Assembly: GCA_004431415.1 (NCBI GenBank)
Contig: QPMI01000152.1
Span: 124,001 to 188,000, forward strand
Length of the DNA stretch: 64,000 nucleotides
DNA from: Cyanophora paradoxa CCMP329
Lineage: Eukaryota > Plantae > Glaucophyta
Direction: 5' to 3'
Positions 55,914-64,000 of this stretch are shown piece after piece; position 1 is the first letter of the stretch, and every line of letters starts with the position of its first letter. Position numbers and translations under genes: made by a program. The notes under the pieces were generated by a model. That model had not been told where the DNA came from. It was given only the letters and a program-made list of their open reading frames with translations, and did not search any database.

Positions 55914-56739
55914 GGGCGCCTGCCCGCCGCCCCGGCCCGGAATCAGCTGTACGGTAGCTCTTTTTAGTTTCCAGTTTTCAAAGTAAGTGACCAACTAGTG
56001 CTCCTTGGATTGCGACGACCTCGTTTGTAGGGAGGGTCTGCCCGGGGCCCGCTGACGTCGACGTCGACGGATGCACGCGCACGACGCCGGCGCCGCACGT
56101 GCCGGCGGCCTATGCAGTGTGAGAGATCGTGCGGGCATCGGATTGTTTCGTCGAGATCGATATATGATGTCCAGCACTGCGCGCGGCACAAACACATTTA
56201 AACTCATCTGCAGCAACGCTCTTGCATCACGAGCTCACATCATCAGACTCACATGAGGCCTGGCCTGGCTGGCCAGGCCAGGCGCCGGCCACACCGGCGG
56301 CCAGCTGTCCTCAAGCTCGGAAATTTCGAGCCTCGGAGCTTGATCATGCTCAACGGATAAGATTCAGATAGGATCCGGAACGAACTCGAGACCGGATCCG
56401 GATTCCGGAGTTCCGGAGTTCGGACCGGTACCGGATTCCGGACCAGCAGTGGCCCCCAGCTACTAGGCTAGCCGCTGAGCGCATGCGCAGCGGCCGAGCT
56501 CGCGATCGATCGCGAGTCCGATCGACGCGACGGACGGTCAGCGCGCGGCGGCCGCGGGCGCATGGTCCGGTTGATCGGAAATCAGCTGCAGAATCAGCTG
56601 AGACTTTGAGAGCTTCGACTCCCATCATGGCATCTCAACGGCTGCTGCTGCAGATCTAGAGTCTTTTTGCAAGCAACTGTCGACGCGTACGCGTCGACGT
56701 CTAGGCTCTAGATGTAGATCTGCCAGACTGTTGCGCGAG

Positions 56740-58308
56740 ATGGCTCCCGCTGTGAAAAGCTCAGCTGCGCATGCGAATGGCGACGACGAGAAGGCCAAGA
56801 AGGCGACGGGCCCGACGGTCGCGGGCGGGCGGCACCTCTCCCTGCTGGAGCTCTCGCTCTGGGTGCCCTTCAACCTGGCGTTCAGCTTCGTGCCGTTCCT
56901 CTGGACGTTCGGCTGGATTGTGGGCATCCAAGGCCCGCGCTCCACCATCGTCCCCGTCGCCTCCCACATCATGCAGGTCGTCTCTGGAATCACCAGCGCC
57001 GTCGGGTGCCCTCCCGTCGGCCCTTTCGCTCCGAGACTCTAGATAGAGATCTGCGCTGAACGCGCGCCAGAGCGGGAGAGTCCAGCAACGTTAACCTTGC
57101 GTACTGCATGACCTGGAACTTCGTCCTGTTCATCATCTTCGGGTGCGAGTTTTATCCAAATTAAACAAAATCCAATGATCTGCGCACTGCATGCAAGCGA
57201 GGCTTGCAATTGAGTTCTGTCGACGTCCCTCCGCCCCGCTTGCGCAGCTGCTACCACAGCTTCTGGGCCTCGGTGCATACACATGTGCTTCAACAATTTG
57301 AATTCGGAAGATTTAAATTTGTTTTCCGACAGGCTACGGGCAAGGCGCTCCTGCGGAGCTTCGTCCCGACGCAGGCTGTCCCGACGATGTTCGCCGCTCT
57401 CTCCAACGTTTTCCTCCTCTGCATTGGTCCGTCGCATTTAATTTTCCTGGCCTCTGCATTTAGATCTAGATCTAGATCTAACGCCCGCGCGCAGGCGCGG
57501 CTTGGATGTCGTGCCCTGGGGCCCTGTGGGACGTCTCCTCGAACTCGACGCTCTCCACAGCAATTCTTGCGGTGCCGGGGCCGCTCCCTGCTGCGCACGA
57601 CCGGCCCCTGACCAGTCTCTCGCAAACAGGGCAAGACGGTCGCTATTGTGCTCCTCCTGGTGCGCCGGCCTGGGCCCGCCGCACTCTCGGCTGATCCGAG
57701 TGCCTGAAAAAATCTTGCAGATCCACCTTCTCCACTTCGACCCATTCGAGGTCCGAATTCTTTTCCAATCTATGCCGAAGAGTGCTTTAAAATTTTTGCA
57801 TGCGATTAAGCGTCTTAATCTTCGAGTTCTTGATCAGTTGGTGGGGACGTCGGCGCTCTTCCGGGGCCCCGAGGGCGACAAGGCGGACCACGACCACACC
57901 CTCATCAAGACCGGCTTCTTCAAGTGCGTGCCGTCTGATCTAGACCCCCGCTGACTTTCTCACGATATCGATGCGTGCCCCGGCCGCCGGGCCCCCCAGG
58001 TATGTGCGGCACCCGATGTACACCCTCTTCGTCGTGCAGGCAGGCCCCCCGCCCCCGCCCCCGCCCCGGCCCCGCAGGCCCCCGTGGGCTCGAGTCTCTG
58101 ACGTCGAGCTCGATCGCGATATCGATCGCGAGGGCAGATGCTGCTGGAGCCGGTGTACACGCTGGACCGGCTCATGTTCTCGGTCTGCGCCTTCTCGTAC
58201 ATCTCGTGGGGCCACAAGCTCGAGGACCAGAAGCTCGAGAAGAAGTTCGGGCCCGAGTACGCCCAGTGGCGCCGCGAGGTCGCCGCCTTCATCCCCTTCC
58301 TCTTCTAG
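56740..58308 (+). CDS. Nurim / MddA / isoprenylcysteine-methyltransferase-like integral membrane protein
   Basis: Spliced WNFVLFIIFG|CYHSFWAS, WMSCPGALWDV, HFDPFE|LVG, LIKTGFFK|YVRHPMY and YTLDRLMF...LEDQKLEKKFGPEYAQWRREVAAFIP. Confidence 0.75.
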
Positions 58309-59009
58309 CTGTAGGGATATCGATTCGAGCTTCGGAATTCAATTCAAATTCATCCAATGATCCGATGATCTCATCTCATGCTTGATCTTAAATCATGATC
58401 ACGGGATGGAATGCACGAGGGCCGGCCCGGGGCCCCGGCGCGCTGGCCTATAGCTGATGGTTCGCGATGCATATGGAGTGTGGGGCCGGGCCGCGGGGTC
58501 GGATGCCCGGAGGGGGGATCCGGATCCGGAGGAGGCCCTGAGCCCAGGGGCCCCCCATGGGGGGAGGGGGAAGGGGGGGCCGGGGGACTCCGGGAGGGGG
58601 GGGGGGGGGGGGGGGGGGGATTTGCATGGGCACATGCGCATGCATATGCCGCGCGCAGTGAATGCGCACGTATCAGGGCTTCAACGAGAAAATTCTATAA
58701 CGACTGATATATGTCAAGCATCACGGCATCATGTATACGTACAAAACCCAGAAACTCACTGAATCGTGATCAGTGAGTCAGCGCAGCACGTCGGCGTCTA
58801 GATCTAAATATCGATGGATGCATATGGTGGCTAGCGCTAGCCGCCGACGGAACTATACAATACGCATACGGAGAAGAGATGGAAAGGATGCAATCACTGC
58901 CAAAAACGATGTGTCGGCCCCTGCGCGACCCCGCGCCCCCCGCCCGAAAGCCCCAGCCCCGAGAGCCTACCCCACTAAGAAATTGCAGCTGGCCCGACGG
59001 CGGCAGCGG

Positions 59010-61684
59010 TCAGCGGCCCTCGGCGGCGCCCTCCGGGGAGCGGTCGGGGCGGCGGCGGAGGCGGGAAAGGCGGCGGCGGCGGGCGAGGGGCCGGCCCCGG
59101 GAGAGGGCCGCCTCGGCTCCGAGGAGGCGCTCGAGGATCTCGCCGGTGGGGGGCGGGGAGGGCCGCCCCGCCTCCTCCTTGGTCCGCACCTCCGCCAGCG
59201 CCCACTCGTACGTCGCCAGGCTGCGCGGCCGGCCCCGGCTCTCAGACTGCTCGAACGCGGGGGCCCGGGGCGGGGCGGGGCGGGGCGGGCGGGGGGCACC
59301 TGGGGAGGGGGACGCCGTCCGGGGACCAGACGGCGAGGGTGGCGGAGGGGCGGGCGCGGCCGCCGGCGAGGCTGCCGCGGGCGACCTCGTAGAGCAGCCG
59401 CCGCTCCGCCCGGATGCACGCGTCTGCGGGCGCGCGCTGCGACTCAGACAAAGGGGCGGGGGGGGTGCAGGGGGGGCGGAATTCGATCTTCTTGAGATAA
59501 GTACGTTTAATCAAATCTATTCGAAAGATTATTTTTATACATTGATTAGGGGCGGACCGCGGATGTTGCGGGCGGAGAGGCCGTCGGCGGCGATGGAGAG
59601 GGCGGCCAGGTCCTCCAGCGAGAGGTGCCTGCCGGCCCGGCGCGGCGCGGGGCGGCGCCCGAGGTGAGCCCGGCGCCGGCAGAGGGGCGGGGGGCGGGGG
59701 ACGGGACGGGGAGGGGCGCGGGGGCGCGGGCGCACCGGGCGTACTCCTGGAGGATCTGAACCCGGTCGCCCTCGTCTGGCAGCCCGAACTCGATCGTCAC
59801 CTCGAACCGGCTGGCGAAGGGGCGTGAGGCGGGGGGCGGGGGGGCCGGGGCGGGGCGGGGAGGGCCGGGGGCCACCTGGTGAGGGCCTCGTCGAGGTCCT
59901 GGCGGCGGTTGGTGGCCGCCACGAGCGTCAGGCTGCAGTCGCTCTGCGCCGAGTCGAAGCCGTCCAGCTGCCGCAGGAAGATGGAGAGCAGCCGCCCGTT
60001 CGTCGCCCCGTCCCCGTCCGTCCCGCCCCGCCGCCGGTCCACCAGCTGCACCGGGGTGAGGAGCGCAGGACAGGGCGCTCGGGGCGGGGCGGGGGGCGCA
60101 CGAGGGACTCGATCTCGTCGACGAAGAGGAAGACCTTGTCGCCGAGGGAGCGGGCGAGGCGGAAGATGCGGGCCAGCCGCCGCTCCGAGTCCCCGTAGTA
60201 CTTCGACAGGAACATCTCCCCGCTGATGTACACCTGGGGGGGGGGGGCTCGAGGGCCGTCGAAGGAGGGCGGGGCGGGGGGTGGGGAGGGCGCACGAGGT
60301 GCGCGCTGCACTTCTTGGCCATCTGGCGGGCGCAGAGCGTCTTCCCGACCCCCGGTTTGCCCTGCCGCGGCGCTCGCCCGGGGGCAAAAACGGGCGGGGA
60401 GGATGCGGAGGGGGGTACGGCGCACGTGGAAGAGGACGGCGCGGGGCACGGCGGTACCCCCCACCTGGTTCCGCGTCGCCGCGGCGACCTGCGAGGACGG
60501 TTAGGAGCGACGCGGGGTCCGGGGGCGGGGGCAAGGCGGGCCTTGCGGGCGAGGGCGTGCTGCTCGATGACGGACACGAGCGACTCCTCCACCGCCGCCT
60601 TCACCGCCCCGTACCCCCGGAAGTCGCCCCAGTCGTACCCCCCCGCGGCGGCCGGCGCCGGGGGGTACACCGTCGCCCCCGAGGCCTCGAGCTCGCGGAT
60701 GACGGAGGCGGGATTGCGGCGGGAGCCGGCGGAGCCGGCGGGGGCGGGCCGCTGGCGCGCGCGGGCGGCCGCCGCGCAGCAAACGAAGGCGTAGAGCATG
60801 AACCACGCCACACGGTAGATCTGGGGGGAGGAAGAGTCAGGGAGGGGTACGACGAAGCGCGGGGGGGGCGGGGGTGGGGCGGACGAGGGAGAGGCGGGGG
60901 GAGGCGCGGTAGAGGGTGGCGATGGTGGACGAGACGAGGCTGAAGGGAGGAGGGCGCGCGCCAGGGCCGCCGAGAGGCGGCGAGCCCCACGGCCGCCTCC
61001 CGCATCACGGTGTCGACCTCGCCCTCGCCGGCCGCCGCCGGGCGCGCCGCCCACCAGCGCCGCCACGCCTCGGAGAGGGCCGCCACGAGGACCGCCGCCG
61101 CGCCCAGGGCCGCGCGCCGCGGGGCGAGGGCCGCCGGCGCGGAGAGCGCGAAGCACGACTCGGAGAGCATGAGCGTCGAGGCGGCGGTGACGGAGGCGCC
61201 CGGGAAGCGGCCCTTGCAGCGCATGAAGACCTGCACGTGCACGGGGGAGGGGCCGGGGTCGGGCGCGGGCGGGGCGCGGGCGGGGCGGGCGGCGGACCTC
61301 GAACGCCACGCCCAGGAGCATCCACCCGACGTTGGAGGCCTCGGCGGCCCGCGGCGCCGGGAGCGGCGGGGCCACACGTGCCTCCCGCACCGGCGTGCCG
61401 ACCACAAAGCGCCGGGCCTCGATCGAGCGTACGCCGCCGCCCGCTCTCCTCTCCGACCGCGCACGCACCGCAGCCGCGCCGGCCCGCGCCGCCGGCGGCA
61501 ACCTGCCGGCCGCGATTGTTCACATACATGATTGACGTGACAGGAGGCCAGCAGATGCGCGGCCAAGGGCGAACCTGCACATGGAAAACGGAACTAATCC
61601 AAATACACAACTCCCAGGCGTGACGATCGGCAGCCTCGGAAGGCCGCTCGAGAAGGCCGCCAGCACGGGCTGACGCTTCATCAT
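59010..61684 (-). CDS. Single-domain AAA+ ATPase with N-terminal TM segments (start uncertain)
   Basis: PRAVLFH|GKPGVGKT (Walker A), FLSKYYGDSER, FLFVDEIES (Walker B), LRQLDGF and AATNRRQDLDEALT|SRF (SRH). Confidence 0.8.
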
Positions 61685-62345
61685 CGCTGACCGATCCGCC
61701 TGCGCGCCGGGCGAAAAGTCCTGCATCTCAACACTACACCCTCTGGAGCCTCGTTGGAGTCTCGTATGCGGCCGCCGCAGCCGGCTGATCGTTGTCACGC
61801 GCTGTTGCACGGGCGGGCCTCACGTCACAAGCTGGCCGCGTTTGACCGGCTGCAATATTGCACACGCGCCCTCTGAACTCGTCCACCGCGCCTGAGGCTG
61901 ACCCTCGCCCCTTCAGCCGCGCAGAACTCGATCTTCTCCAGCCAGCAATCACTCGGCCAAAGCTTCCCGTCCAGGATCGACCCCTCGACTCGAAAGTGCT
62001 GGCGACGGCGAAAGATGGAGGTCGAGCCAGCGCCGCCTCCGGCACCTCCTCCGGCAGCACAGGAGAGCTCGTCGCAGCCACAGGCGAACGGCAGCTCGTC
62101 GCAGTCGAGGCCGCCGGACGGGGCGCAGGTTCGCGCTCGTCCTGTGCCCACGGCGCCCATCTGACCCCATCGAACGCAGCGGCACTCGAGCGACAAGGAC
62201 AGGGAAGCACGCAAGCGGCATGAGGCCGAGCGCGAGCGGAGGAGGTCGGGCGAGAAGTCGGGGCGGCCGGTCAGCGCCTTCGCCGCGCTCGGCGCGATCC
62301 CCGAAAGGACGCTGAGCCTCGCAACTCGCAAATGCTCGCAGAGCG

Positions 62346-64000
62346 ATGAGCACAGGACATCATCCAGCTCGTCCCAGCCCGGCCGCACCTCGAGCGGCTC
62401 CTCCTCCGCACGGCCTTCAGACGCAAACGACAAGTGCGCCCGTCCCCGGCCAGGGCGGAGCACGTTCGCGGGGCCGCGTCCGAGCCGCCGCCGCGCCGCG
62501 CAGGTCGGGGTCGGAGTTCCTGTGCCGCCTGAAGTTCAAGAACACGCTCCCCGAGCTTCCGTTCGACCCAAAGTTCCGCGCCTTCCCGTGCGTCGCGCTC
62601 CCGTGCCGCCCTTCGCCGCCGGCGGCGCCCCCGCTGACGGCGGCGGGGCGGCGGGCAGGTTCGACCCGATGCGGTTCGTGCGGTACGCGACGACGTCGCT
62701 GGAGCGGCACTACAAGCACGAGATCCACGTGGAGCCGGACCTCGGCATCCCCATCGACCTCGTCGACCCCAGCCTCTACCGCGCCCCCGTCCCCAGTCCG
62801 CCCCGCCCGCCCGCCCGCCCGCCCGCCCGCCCGCCCGCCGGCGCCCCGGCGCCCGCGCCCGAGCCGCGAGCCGCGCCGCAGAGCCCCCCTCGACCCCGCC
62901 GATGCCGCCATCCTCTCCGCTGACGCCCCGGCCGCCGAGGCCGCCGCCGCCGGCCGCAAGGGCAAGCAGCGGCCCAACGTCAGCTGGTGCGCTGCGCGCC
63001 TTTTCCCCGCGCCGCGCACCCGCCCGGCGTGCCGTCGGGCCCCCCGGGAGCTCGCCCGGCGATAGGAAAGAGAAGCGGAAAGGAAGGAGGAGGAGGAGGA
63101 GGAGGGGGGGCGGGCTGACGCGCCGCGCCGCGGGCGCGCAGGCTCTACCGAAATGTGTACATGTCGAACGAGGGCGAGAGCAGCAAGCGCGCGAGCCGCC
63201 CCTCCGCCGACAAGTGCGCCGCTCTCGCCCGCCCCCGCGCCGCGCCGGCGCCCGGGCCGACGGGGCGACGGGGCGGGGCGGGCAGGGCGGTGGAGGTGGA
63301 GGCGGTGGTGACGCGGGAGAGCCAGATCCAGAACATCGAGAACACGTTCAACGCGGCGAAGCAGGCGCCGGTGCACCCGACGGACCGCACCCTCGTCCCA
63401 GAGGTCGTCGTCCCCATCTTCCCCGACCTCGAGCTCTGGCCCAACCAGTACGCCCACATCGTCTTCGACTCCGACCCGTGCGCCCCGCGCCCCGCGGCTC
63501 CCGCGGCTCCGCGCGCTGGGGCGAGCGGGCGTGGCGGGGCGGGGCAGGGTGGAGGAGGTGGCGGGGAAGGAGGAGGGCGGGGCGGTGGACCGCGAGGAGC
63601 TCTCCGCCGGCTCCTTCCTGAAGGCCTTCGTGGACCCCGAGGACCCGCGCCGCCAGAAGCGCTTCCTCGCCTACATGGCCCCCGCCGAGCGCCGCCGCAA
63701 GGCCATGCGCCGCGCCGACGGCTCCGCGCCCCCGGCCCAGCCCGACGAGCCGGCCCCCGACGCCCGCGAGGAGGTCCGCCCCGCGCTGCCCCCGCGCCCC
63801 GCGTCGCCGGCGCTGAGCGGGCCGCCGGGCGGGCTGCAGGAGCTGGAGTGGATCCGCGAGTACGACTACCGGCGGGAGGACCCGAGGGTGCGGGGCGTGG
63901 GAAGGGGGACGAGGGGCCCGGCTGACCGGGGGCCGGGGCGGGGGGCCAGGACAACTACCTGCTGGTGGTGCGGCCGGACGGGGCCGGGGGCGGCCCGACG
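62346..64000 (+). CDS. PAF1: RNA polymerase II-associated factor Paf1 (truncated by the window end)
   Basis: EFLCRLKFKNTLPELPFDPKF, YATTSLERHYKHEIHVEPDLGIPIDL, QIQNIENTFNAA...HP and PIFPD...IVFDSDP. Confidence 0.88.

Noticed and set aside
58595-58619. Poly-G runs (also about 38313-38337) as functional elements
   Set aside because: Simple homopolymers of unreliable length in a GC-rich assembly, with no supporting context.

Overview
Eukaryotic nuclear DNA, very GC-rich, gene-dense and broken by many short (mostly about 45-110 nt) spliceosomal introns. The six-frame ORF track is therefore mostly spurious, and the gene models below were spliced by hand. Phe-containing N-terminal extensions on predicted plastid proteins (MSASFV..., MFFVAP...) and no signal peptide suggest an alga with a primary plastid, possibly a glaucophyte such as Cyanophora (inference only). 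About 20 protein genes are recognisable: a DNL zinc finger, a TIGR01777/SDR39U1 epimerase, an ArsJ-type MFS exporter, an ArsJ-associated (Gap3-type) GAPDH, two paralogous non-RD kinases around a possible 2H-fold protein, a LETM1-like protein, YciI, DBP7/DDX31, RAD21, a giant WD40/Ig/multi-TM protein, an HMG-box factor, a 2-TM unknown, GatC, GET3, VPS13, a nurim/MddA-like membrane protein, an AAA+ ATPase and PAF1 (cut by the window edge). The standout is an intron-rich, head-to-head arsJ + gapdh pair: the two-gene bacterial arsenate-detoxification module kept together in a eukaryotic genome. Also notable are very frequent GC-AG introns with G-rich 3' ends, near-strict divergent gene pairing, apparent gene conversion between the kinase paralogues, an intronic ~95-bp tandem array and CpG-decayed intergenic repeat relics.
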